Below are positions 53,776 to 64,000 of a DNA stretch of 64,000 bases, in pieces. Source of the DNA: Octopus sinensis (taxonomy: Eukaryota); the NCBI RefSeq assembly GCF_006345805.1, contig NC_043018.1, positions 27,652,001 to 27,716,000 of the forward strand, read 5' to 3'. The notes beneath the pieces were generated by a model, which saw only the letters and a program-made list of their open reading frames with translations, was not told where the DNA came from and did not search any database. Position 1 is the first letter of the stretch. Every line of letters begins with the position of its first letter. The translations under genes and the position numbers were made by a program.

Positions 53776-53843
<68 letters not shown>

Positions 53844-54011
53844 TTAGGGAATAAATCCAAATTTACAGGGAAAAAATCAGATTTAGGATTAAATCCAATT
53901 TTATAGTAAAATATTATAAATTATTATTAGAGACAAAACCACTATTTTGCAAAACAAACAAGGAAAGACTTAATCAATACATAAAATTTTAATAAATAGT
54001 CAAAAAAACCG

Positions 54012-54054
54012 CCACTACAATTGTTTCTTGTCTTGATCGACAATCTTCAGGTGG
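54012..54054 (-). ncRNA. Minimal type-I hammerhead ribozyme (left arm)
   Basis: Reverse complement reads CCAC-CTGAAGA-TTGTC gatcaa GACAA-GAAA-CAATTG-TA-GTGG. Confidence 0.8.
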
Positions 54055-56205
54055 ACTTCCAATCTAAAATATCAATATTTTAAAATATAAAAATAATAAT
54101 TTTAAAATAATTAAAGTATGAATGAAAAAATATAAATATATAATCCATATATAACCTATATATAATCCATATAATCAATATATAAACAATATATAAACTA
54201 AAATAAACCTATCAACAATTAAATATAAAATATAAAATATAAAATATAAAAAATAAAATATAAAACAAAACAAAAAAATAATAATAATATAATAATAAAC
54301 TATATATACACCCATACACATATACCTAATTATATAAACCATATCTAACTACATACACTAAATCACACCCCTATATATATATCCCTATACATACACATAA
54401 AAACGTCTAGGCAACTATAAATAAAATAGCTAAATACTTCAACACAATACTTATTCATACTCCCACACACACACACATACAACCCACATTCACGCTCTAG
54501 AAAACGGACATCACTTAAAATTATGAACAGAGAAATGGAATAAATGGAATTAAAAATTATATTCACTTGGTAAAACGAACACTACTTAAAAATTATGAAT
54601 GAAACAATGCAATAAAACAACAGACATCGCAAATAGACACAAATTACTACGAATTCCTTAACAAACCTACCATGATAAACCAAAACTCATAAAAACATAT
54701 AATGATAAAATCTCCCTTTACTAAACTCTATAACATACCTATATAGCAATCCCCCTAACCTAAACATTCACACACAAATACACACACGGAAACCACACAC
54801 CCACGACATATACAAATACCCACACCACTTACACATACCTATACATACATATAAACCTCAACATATACTCCAAAAACCCACTCAACCCCACACAGACAAA
54901 TAAACACAAAAATTATGAATGGATTCTTTTATAAAACTACCATGATAAGCTAAAACTCACAAAACATAAATGATAAAACCTCCCTTTACTAAACACTATA
55001 ACATACTTATATAGCAATCCCTTTAACCTATACATTCACACACAAATACACACACGTAAACCACACACCCATAACAAATACAAACACCCACCCCACTCAC
55101 ACACACCCACAAGTACATATAAGCCTCAACATATACACCAAACAAAATTACTTTACCAAGGAACTTAACATATGTATAAAAAGTATAACCGCTCTGGAAA
55201 CGAACATCTTTTAAAATAATGAATGGAGAAATGGAATAAATGGAATTAAAAATAATATTCACGTGGCAAAACGAACACCACTCAAAAATTATGAATGAAA
55301 CAATGTAATAAAACAACCAACATCGAAAATAGACAAATTGCCACGAATTCCCTAAAAAAACCATGATAAACCAAAACTCTTAAAAACATATAACGATAAA
55401 ATCTCCCTTTGCTAAACTCTATAACAAACCTATATAGCAATCCCCCTAACCTAAACATTCACACACAAAAAACACACACGTAAACCACAGACCCACGACT
55501 TATACACATACCTATACTAACTTATAAACCTCAATATACACCGAAAACCCACTCCCTCCCCACACAGACAAATTAACACATACATCCCAAAACCTAAATA
55601 ACAAACCCATATACACATTCACACACAAACACAGACACACGCAAAACACACACACACAACAGATACATATACTCCCTCACATATACGCATATACATACTC
55701 ACTAAACTCGATATATACAACAATATTTACACACCCACACTCATACAGATAAATAAATTATACAACTAAAAACTCACACACAATCTCATATACATAAACA
55801 CTCCAATAAAAAACAACATTAAATACATCGTAATTAACCAGAATATCAAAAATAACAATATGACATAAGGAGAAATAAAATACATACTTACAAGTCAGTT
55901 TCAAATTATGAAGTGAAATTAAATTCTTAGCCGTTAAAAAAACCAAACCAAAATTACGTTACCAAGCAACGCTAGCCCACCACTCGGTTACAATTCCCAA
56001 CTCCACCCATTCATTCACAATTTCAACGACGTTCAACTCCACAGCGCTACATATAAGCCTCAACATATACACCGGAGATTCTCTTTCAATCCGTGCGGAT
56101 GGGTGAGAGTATACATTGAGTGTAGTGATGGGGCTCCCATTACTATACACATTTGTACCTGTGTGGTAGTCTCCATGTGTATATTCACGCACGGGTATAA
56201 ATGCA

Positions 56206-56240
56206 GGGGGTACACGCGCACGGCATGTACGTGTACCCCC
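56206..56240. other. GC-clamped stem-loop (mirrored at 57037-57073)
   Basis: GGGGGTACACG / CGTGTACCCCC, an 11-bp perfect stem. Confidence 0.75.
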
Positions 56241-59200
56241 TCACATGTACATATGCATGCTAGTTGGGCTCGATATGTGCAACAATGTAATCGCGCCCGC
56301 ATACATGCATATGGGCGAGTTGCACAATCAAAATACGCACACGTGTGTGTGTGCGTTCCCTGGTTGTGCAATTCACCCATCTGGGTGTGAGTGGGTGTAA
56401 GCGTATTGATTTTATTTGTGTATTGTCTGTTATAATAAAGTATACACACCCATAACAAATATAAGTGCCCACTTCATTCGCGCGTACCTGGAATTGCATG
56501 TGAGCCTCAACATATACACCAAACGGCCACTCCCGCCCTATACGGACAAATAAACACATACATCCCCAAAAATGGGCGTAATCCCACTCACACCAATCAT
56601 ATGTATACAATTATACACACTAGAATAATACATAACTAACCCAAATATACAGAACATATTAAAAATCACCAACAAACCACCATCACAAATGAAACCTACA
56701 CCCATACAATGACAAAACTCACCCCTCTATACCAAATTTACACCCACATAGCAATCCCAATATATTCATCCATACATGGACGCACGTGCGTGAAGCACAT
56801 GCACACAATTAATACGTACAACCCCCCAATACACACTCATATACATACGTATCAAGCTCGACATCCACAGCAATACGCTTACACCACTCACACCCAGATG
56901 GGTGAATTGCACAACCAGGGAACGCACACACACACGGTGCGTATTTTGATTGTGCAACTCGCCCATATGCATGTATGCGGGCGCGATTACATTGTTGCAC
57001 ATATCGAGCCCAACTAGCATGCATATGTACATGTGAGGGGGTACACGTACATGCCGCGTGCGCGTGTACCCCCTGCATTTATACCCGTGCGTGAATATAC
57101 ACATGGAGACTACCACACAGGTACAAATGTGTATAGTAATGGGAGCCCCATCACTACACTCAATGTATACTCTCACCCATCCGCACGGATTGAAAGAAAG
57201 AATCTCCGGTGTATATGTTGAGGCTTATATGTAGCGCTGTGGAGTTGAACGTCGTTGAAATTGTGAATGAATGGGTGGAGTTGGGAATTGTAACCGGGTG
57301 GTGGGCTAGCGTTGCTTGGAATTGGGAATGGAATAGTGTAGTAGTAAGGCAGGTATCGAGAATAGATTTGGGTTACTGCAAGTTGTTTGTTAGAGCTGCT
57401 AAGATGAGCTAAAGCTCTAATTGTATATAATAATTTATTATGGTAGTTTTATTAAAGAATCCATTCATAATAATTTTTTTAAGTAGTGTGTTGGTTTGCC
57501 ACGTGGATATAGTTTTTAGTTCCATTTATTCTATTTCTCCATTCATAATTTTAAATGACGTTTACTTTCCATGGCGCGTATTCTTTTTTTACATAAGTTA
57601 TATTTCTATGGTAACGTAATTTTGGTTTGGTTTTTTTAACGGCTAAGAATTTAATTTCACTTCATAATTGAAACTGACTTGTAAGTATGTATTTTATTTC
57701 TCCTTATGTCATATTGTTATTTTGATATTCTGGTTAATTACGATGTATTTAATGTGTTTTTTATTGGAGTGTTTATGTATATGAGATTGTGTGTGAGTTT
57801 TTAGTTGTATAATTATTTATCTGTATGAGTGTGGGTGTGTGTAATATTGTTGTATATATCGAGTTTAGTGAGTATGTATATGCGTATATGTGAGGGAGTA
57901 TATGTATCTGTGGTGTGTGTGTGTTTTGCGTGGTGTCTGTGTTGTGTGTGAATGTGTATATGGGTTTGTTATTTAGGTTTTGGGGTATGTGTTAATTTGT
58001 CTGTGGGGGGGAGGGAGTGGGTTTTCGGTGTATATTGAGGTTTATAAGTTAGTATAGGTATGTGTATAAGTCGTGGGTCTGTGGTTTACGTGTGTTGTTT
58101 TTTGTGTTGAATGTTTAGGTTAGGGGGATTGCTATATAGGTTTGTTATAGAGTTTAGCAAAGGGAGATTTTATCGTTATATGTTTTTAAGAGTTTTGGTT
58201 TATCATGGTTTTTTTTAGGGAATTCGTGGCAATTTGTCTATTTTCGATGTTGGTTGTTTTATTACATTGTTTCATTCATAATTTTTGAGTGGTGTTCGTT
58301 TTGCACGTGAATATTATTTTTAATTCCATTTATTCCATTTCTCCATTCATTATTTTAAAAGATGTTCGTTTCCAGAGCGGTTATACTTTTTATACATATG
58401 TTAAGTTCCTTGGTAAAGTAATTTTGTTTGGTGTATATGTTGAGGCTTATATGTACTTGTGGGTGTGTGTGAGTGGGGGGGTGTTTGTATTTGTTATGGG
58501 TGTGTGGTTTACGTGTGTTATTGTGTGTGAATGTATAGGTTAAAGGGATTGCTATATAAGTATGTTATAGTGTTTAGTAAAGGGAGGTTCTATCATTTAT
58601 GTTTTGTGAGTTTTAGCTTATCATGGTAGTTTTATAAAAGAATCCATTCATAATTTTTGTGTTTATTTGTCTGTGTGGGGTTGAGTGGGTTTTTGGAGTA
58701 TATGTTGAGGTTATATGTATGTATAGGTATGTGTAGTGGTGTGGGTATTTGTATATGTCGTGGGTGTGTGGTTTCCGTGTGTGTATTTGTGTGTGAATGT
58801 TTAGGTTAGGGGGATTGCTATATAGGTATGTTATAGAGTTTAGTAAAGGGAGATTTTATCATTATATGTTTTTATGAGTTTTGGTTTATCATGGTAGGTT
58901 TGTTAAGGAATTCGTAGTAATTTGTGTCTATTTGCGATGTCTGTTGTTTTATTGCATGTTTCATTCATATTTTTAAGTAGTGTTCGTTTTACCAAGTGAA
59001 TATAATTTTTAATTCCATTTATTCCATTTCTCTGTTCATAATTTTAAGTGATGTCCGTTTTCTAGAGCGTGAATGTGGGTTGTATGTGTGTGGTGTGGGA
59101 GTATGAATAAGTATTGTGTTGAAGTATTTAGCTATTTTATTTATAGTTGCCTAGACGTTTTTATGTGTATGTATAGGGATATATATATAGGGGTGTGATT

Positions 59201-59505
59201 TAGTGTATGTAGTTAGATATGGTTATATATAATTAGGTATATGTGTATGGGTGTATATATAGTTTATTATTATATTATTATTATTTTTTTGTTTTGTTTT
59301 ATATTTTATTTTTTATATTTTAATTTATATTTTATATTTAATTGTTGATAGTTTATTTTAGTTTATATATTGTTTATATATTGATTATATATGGATTTAT
59401 ATAGGTTATATATGGATTATATATTTATATTTTTTCATTCATACTTTAATTATTTTAAAATTATTATTTTTATATTTTAAAATATTGATATTTTAGATTG
59501 GAAGT

Positions 59506-59548
59506 CCACCTGAAGATTGTCGATCAAGACAAGAAACAATTGTAGTGG
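59506..59548 (+). ncRNA. Minimal type-I hammerhead ribozyme (right arm)
   Basis: CCAC(59506)-CTGAAGA-TTGTC gatcaa GACAA-GAAA-CAATTG-TA-GTGG(59548). Canonical core, 5-bp stem II, palindromic stem III, GUA site. Confidence 0.8.
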
Positions 59549-59649
59549 CGTTTTTTTGACTATTTATTAAAATTTTATGTATTGATTAAGTATTTCCTTG
59601 TTTGTTTTGCAAAATAGTGGTTTTGTCTCTAATAATATTTTATAATATA

Positions 59650-59691
<42 letters not shown>

Positions 59692-59776
59692 TATATATAT
59701 ATAATGTATATGTATGTATGCATATATATATATATATATATATATTACATCTCAATTTCACAAATATAATATATAG

Positions 59777-60078
59777 ATATAAATTAGAAAAAACCCACCT
59801 TCTTTCAATTCAACAATGAAAAAATTAAATTATACCATATAGAAAAAAATTACATCTTATAGAAAAATTAAATATAAGATAAAAACATATAACAATGATT
59901 AAGTAATGTGCAAAATAATAAATAAAACGTATATATTATTTTGCATATTACTCAATCATTGGTATATGTTTTTATCTTATATTCAATTTTTTCTATAGGA
60001 TATATTTTTTTTCTATATGGTATAATTTAATTTTTTCAATGTTGAATTGATAAAAGTTGTTTTTTTTCTAATTTATAT
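59777..60078. repeat. AT-rich imperfect palindrome (~144-bp arms, 13-nt loop), MITE-like
   Basis: atataaattagaaaaaa...caaaataata / tattattttg...ttttttctaatttatat. Confidence 0.85.
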
Positions 60079-60081
60079 ATT

Positions 60082-61270
60082 TAGAAAACAGGCAGTTTTT
60101 TTTCTAATTTATATATATAAGAAAACAGGCAGTTGTGAGCAATGGAGCCACCTCCAAGGAAACACAAATAGCAAGCGGTGTCCCACAGGGCACTGTCTTG
60201 GGGCCACTGATGTTCATATTGGCCCTTTCAGACATGCCTTCAGTTGCTACTGTGACCACCCTTGCTAGCTATGCAGATGACACAAAAGTCTCCCACGCAA
60301 TACAAAACCCTGAAAATATTGCGCATCTGCAACAGGAGTTGGACACGATATACAGGTGGGCTGAGGACAACAAAATGCAGTTTAATGCAGGAAAATTCCA
60401 GGCCCTGCTCTACTGGCACACAAAGGTAAACGACGTGCAGACTGGATACACTGGCCCAGGAAGAATTGCAATCCCTGAGTCAAAATCAGTGCGTGACCTG
60501 GGCATTGACATGAGCAATGATGCATCTTTCCAAGTGCATATTGCTAATCTGGTGATAAAATGCAGACGGCTAGCTGGATGGATTCTCCGAACTTTCAGAA
60601 CAAGAGAGAAGGAGACACTGATGGTCCTATGGAAAACATTCGTCCTCAGCCGCTTGGACCACTGCTCCCAACTGTGGTCACCACACAATATAAAACTAAC
60701 AGCAGAACTCGAATCAATTCAGAGAAGCTACACAAAGAAAATCGTCTCAATGCAAAATATCAGCTACTGGGAAAGACTGAAGGTATTAAACCTCTTCTCC
60801 CTAGAGCGGAGGCGGGAGACATATGCGGTGATATACATCTGGAAAATCCTGGAGGGTCTTGTTCCAAACTTTGGCATTCAAAGTTACCCCAACCGCAGAG
60901 CGGGGCGCCACTGCATGGTGCCAAGGATTCCAACATCACCATCAAAATACAGGTCCAGATACTGCAACAGCTTGGGTTTCAGAGGACCACAGCTCTTTAA
61001 CATCCTCCCTAAATGCCTGAGAGACTTACATGGTGTGGATGTGGGTTTCTTTAAAACTAAACTGGATCTCTTCTTGTCGGGAGTCCCAGATGAATCTTCC
61101 TCACGACAGGAGACACAGATGCGGGCAGCAGCATCGAACTCCCTTGTTGATCAAGTGCCACGTATCAGAGGTGGATTCACAAATTAGTGTAGCTCATTCA
61201 ACGGTGGTGCCCCAGCATGGCCGCGGCCTTTGGGCTAAAACATTTTTAAGGATTTAAGGATTTAAGGATA
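60082..61270 (+). mobile_element. 5'-truncated CR1-group LINE with (ATTTAAGG)n tail
   Basis: RT ORF, short 3' UTR with stem-loop, tail atttaagg x3. Confidence 0.88.
60135..61187 (+). CDS. CR1-group LINE ORF2 C-terminal half (RT), uninterrupted 350 aa
   Basis: SGVPQGTVLGPLMF, YADDTK, RDLGI, WILRTF, VLSRLDHCSQLWSP, LESIQRSYTK, LFSLERRRE. The frame is open upstream to RKQAVV (60120); it lacks its true start. Confidence 0.9.
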   Translation: MSNGATSKETQIASGVPQGTVLGPLMFILALSDMPSVATVTTLASYADDTKVSHAIQNPENIAHLQQELDTIYRWAEDNKMQFNAGKFQALLYWHTKVNDVQTGYTGPGRIAIPESKSVRDLGIDMSNDASFQVHIANLVIKCRRLAGWILRTFRTREKETLMVLWKTFVLSRLDHCSQLWSPHNIKLTAELESIQRSYTKKIVSMQNISYWERLKVLNLFSLERRRETYAVIYIWKILEGLVPNFGIQSYPNRRAGRHCMVPRIPTSPSKYRSRYCNSLGFRGPQLFNILPKCLRDLHGVDVGFFKTKLDLFLSGVPDESSSRQETQMRAAASNSLVDQVPRIRGGFTN

Positions 61271-61902
61271 TGTATGTATGTATGCATGTATATATATGTG
61301 TATATATATACTTATATATATATATATATATATACTTCCGGTTTTCGTAGGGTAAAGACGTGTGCTTTGCTCTATGATAAGAAAACAAAAAGGTTTGCAT
61401 AAATCGACGAAATAATCGGCGAAAACTCATAAAAAACGTAGAACTTGCTATCTCATAGCGGTCTACTAGGATGTAATAGTAAAAAACCGTAATATATTTC
61501 GCTTCAAGCCAAATATAATACACTAAAGTTAATTACGTACGCCAGATTCTCCGTTGAAAAAAGCACGTGGTGACATCTTTTAAGTTTATTTCTAATCGAC
61601 TCCAACAAGCGAAAGAATCGTTTTTCTTTTCTTTTTTGAAAGAAAACATCTTCGTATAGGGAGGACATTTTGGGACTTCTACTTCTTATAAGATAAGTAC
61701 CCCTTTTCATTTATTTATTTTCCCGTAATTCAATGTAAGGGCCTATTCTCTGTTTACATTCTTTAATAATCTTTCGGTTTCTGTTTCAGCTCCGTTACAT
61801 CTCTCTAAAATTATTCAATTTTTAGATAGGCATATATTTATTTGTTACTTTATATATATATATATATGTATGTATATATATATATATATATGTATGTATG
61901 TG

Positions 61903-61957
<55 letters not shown>

Positions 61958-62644
61958 ATATATATATATATTTACTCAGCCCCTCAATCTCCCTAAATAT
62001 ATAGACGCGAACATTAGAAGTATAGTCTCAATTAGTTTAGTTTACCTTCTTTAATAATCTTTCGGTTTCTGTTTCAGCTCCTTTACAGCTCTCTAAAATT
62101 ATTCAATTTTAGATAGGCATATATTTATAGACGCGAACATTAGAAGTATAGTCGCAATTAATTTAGTTTAGAAGAAAACGTTTGTAGCTACGGTAAAGTA
62201 TATATATTTATAATTTACATCTTGTTAATAATCTTTCATTTTCTATTTCAGCTTTCCTCTTAATAATCTTTCATTTTCTTAATCTTTCATTTTCTTAATC
62301 TTTCATTTTCTATTTCAGCTTCGTAACCTCCTCTCTTTCTTTTCTTTCTCTCTCTGCCTCTTCACTTCTCTCTATCACACCATCTTTCTTCTCTCAGCCG
62401 TTCAATCTTTCCTTGTCTCTTCACTTTTCCACTTCTCTCTCTCACACCATCTTTCCTCTCTCAGCCTCTCAATTTTTCTAAATATATAGTCCCGAACTTT
62501 CTTCTCTTACTCTCTTCTTATCTTCTCTCAGCTCTCAGTCTCTCTAAATACATAGACACTTTCTTTCTCTATTTCTTCTCTACCCTCTATCACACTATTA
62601 AATTTCAAATATAATTAGATAGATAAATAAATAAAATATCCAAA

Positions 62645-63561
62645 ATGTCCAGAACCTGGAGAAGTAACGAATTGGCGTTGTTGCTGAGAGATAATCCGAA
62701 CAACATAATTACAGCTGCGCTGAAGAGCAGTGGATATAAAAGGACAATAGCTCAGATAGAGCGAAAGAAGCAGGAATTTATACGCTTCTATGCACTCATA
62801 AGATCTCACATTGGCACGCTTGATGCCATCTTTGACAACGAGCAAAGTAAAGATGGCAAGGATGGAGACGCGGGTGCTGATGAAAGAAGTCACCCCCACT
62901 TGGTAGACACCCAGGAAGAAGATTCAAGTGAGAAACCTGCCCGGGAAGTAAACCCAAGTGCAAGTGCTCCTACCAGCACCAAAAGCGATGGAGATGAAAG
63001 AACCAAAAAAGAATTAAAAGGAGGAAAAACTAAAAGAAAAACAAAAGGTGAAACAGCCAAAGAAGGAAAAACTATAACTCAAACAAAACCAAAAAGGAAA
63101 CAGCCAAGGATAGAAGCAAACCTGACTATCCATGTACCAAAAAGGATAGAAACAAACAGTGCACACGAATGTGTAAATTCTACCTGAAAGGTGTCTGCTG
63201 GCATGGAGAGGAGGGTGCAGGCTGCCGTTTTGCACATCAAAGACCCTACCACATGAGCACGAAACAGGTCAGAAACCAACTACTAAAAGGAAAAGGAATG
63301 GACCACGCACCACCTGCCCCAAAACGGAGGTATGCAGATGTGGTGCGTGCTACAAACCGCCAACACGTTATTGAAAGGGCAGCTGCTGAACATGAATCTT
63401 TTTTGTGCATGGCACAAAATATTGTACAGCAGCTAACCTGGCTCCATCAAACTCAAACTCGCAGATGGGACTATCCACAATACACAAGACCGCCACAGCA
63501 AATAGACCCAAGTTGGATACCGCTGGCAACAGCATACACCTCACCTCGATGCTCCTACTGA
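62645..63561 (+). pseudogene. CR1-group LINE ORF1 (one apparent frameshift near 63170), CCCH finger, possible Myb/trihelix-like N-terminus
   Basis: ORFs 62645-63187 and 63169-63561. CKFYLKGVCWHGEEGAGCRFAH. Directly upstream of and overlapping the APE ORF. Confidence 0.7.
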
Positions 63562-64000
63562 ACATCAGAGGACTGCTAACACTCAGTAACAGGACAAAAG
63601 TCCCGTTCTTGAGGGACTTTGTTGCATGCAATCAAGCCTTATGCATAGCACTTACGGAAACACACCTGAAACCGGACAGAGCAGATGCGGAAATACACAT
63701 ACCACAGTATGTTGTACTACGGACCGACAGAAAAGAAAGAAGCCATGGAGGAGTTGCTATGTACATCCGTGAGGACCTCACACCCCAGGTCCTTTTGTCA
63801 TACTCAAATTCGGTGTGTGACACACTAATTGTACATATAAGGCAACTTGGTGTAGTTATATGTGCTACATATCGCCCTCCAGATGCCCCAAGCCATGTAG
63901 GCAAGTTTGAAGATTGCCTTATAAAAATAGAAGTTCTAGTCACATTAGAACAACACATATGTGTACTTCTTATGGGAGACTTCAATCTACCCAATGTCAG
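63549..64000 (+). CDS. LINE ORF2 N-terminus, APE endonuclease (runs off the window; absent from the ORF track)
   Basis: Manual translation from ATG 63549: MLLLNIRGL...IALTETHL...RTDR...GGVAMYIRED...ATYRPP...LLMGDFNLP, open to the window end. Confidence 0.9.
   Translation, partial: MLLLNIRGLLTLSNRTKVPFLRDFVACNQALCIALTETHLKPDRADAEIHIPQYVVLRTDRKERSHGGVAMYIREDLTPQVLLSYSNSVCDTLIVHIRQLGVVICATYRPPDAPSHVGKFEDCLIKIEVLVTLEQHICVLLMGDFNLPNV

Larger units (their letters stand above)
53841..59648. mobile_element. 5.7-kb non-coding fold-back element with a hammerhead near each end
   Basis: Outer arms 53911-55964 / 57609-59648; inner arms 55962-56408 / 56871-57319; spacer 56409-56870; right-only block 57320-57608; (TA)n on both flanks. 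Confidence 0.85.

Noticed and set aside
53841-59648. Mitochondrial insertion (control-region-like skew and stem-loop) or parvovirus-like hairpin genome
   Set aside because: No mitochondrial gene, tRNA, NS1 or capsid remnants were found. The terminal hammerheads and modular repeats fit a PLE-related element better. A BLAST against cephalopod mtDNA would settle it.

Overview
Eukaryotic, repeat-saturated genomic DNA. The SINE families, microsatellite load and LINE types look like an octopus/coleoid cephalopod (inference from recalled repeat sequences, not searched). I can support no host protein-coding exon; most listed ORFs are microsatellite read-through. Recognisable content: three tRNA-derived SINE families (labelled A, B, C here), two RTE LINE relics, a near-complete R4/Dong-type LINE plus three further R4/Dong 3' ends strung through one (TAA)n array, two CR1-group LINE pieces, three decayed Tc1/mariner elements, Helitron-like elements, MITEs and a ~134-bp satellite. 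The most interesting signal is absent from the ORF track: a set of minimal type-I hammerhead ribozyme (HHR) motifs (6545-6579, 8602-8647, 48419-48456 and 48457-48496, 54012-54054 and 59506-59548, plus decayed ones at 262-331 and 19093-19142). They sit in non-coding elements, mostly between (TA)n runs, and three of these elements are fold-backs or 5'-inverted, including a 5.7-kb palindrome with an HHR near each end. A frameshifted Penelope-like GIY-YIG endonuclease relic lies at 19270-19757. The working model (inference) is a set of non-autonomous, ribozyme-bearing passengers of Penelope-like retroelements. Caveats: coordinates were read by eye (repeat edges +/- ~10-20 bp), and frequent 1-2 bp indels suggest imperfect polishing, so long palindromes and frameshifts need raw-read confirmation.
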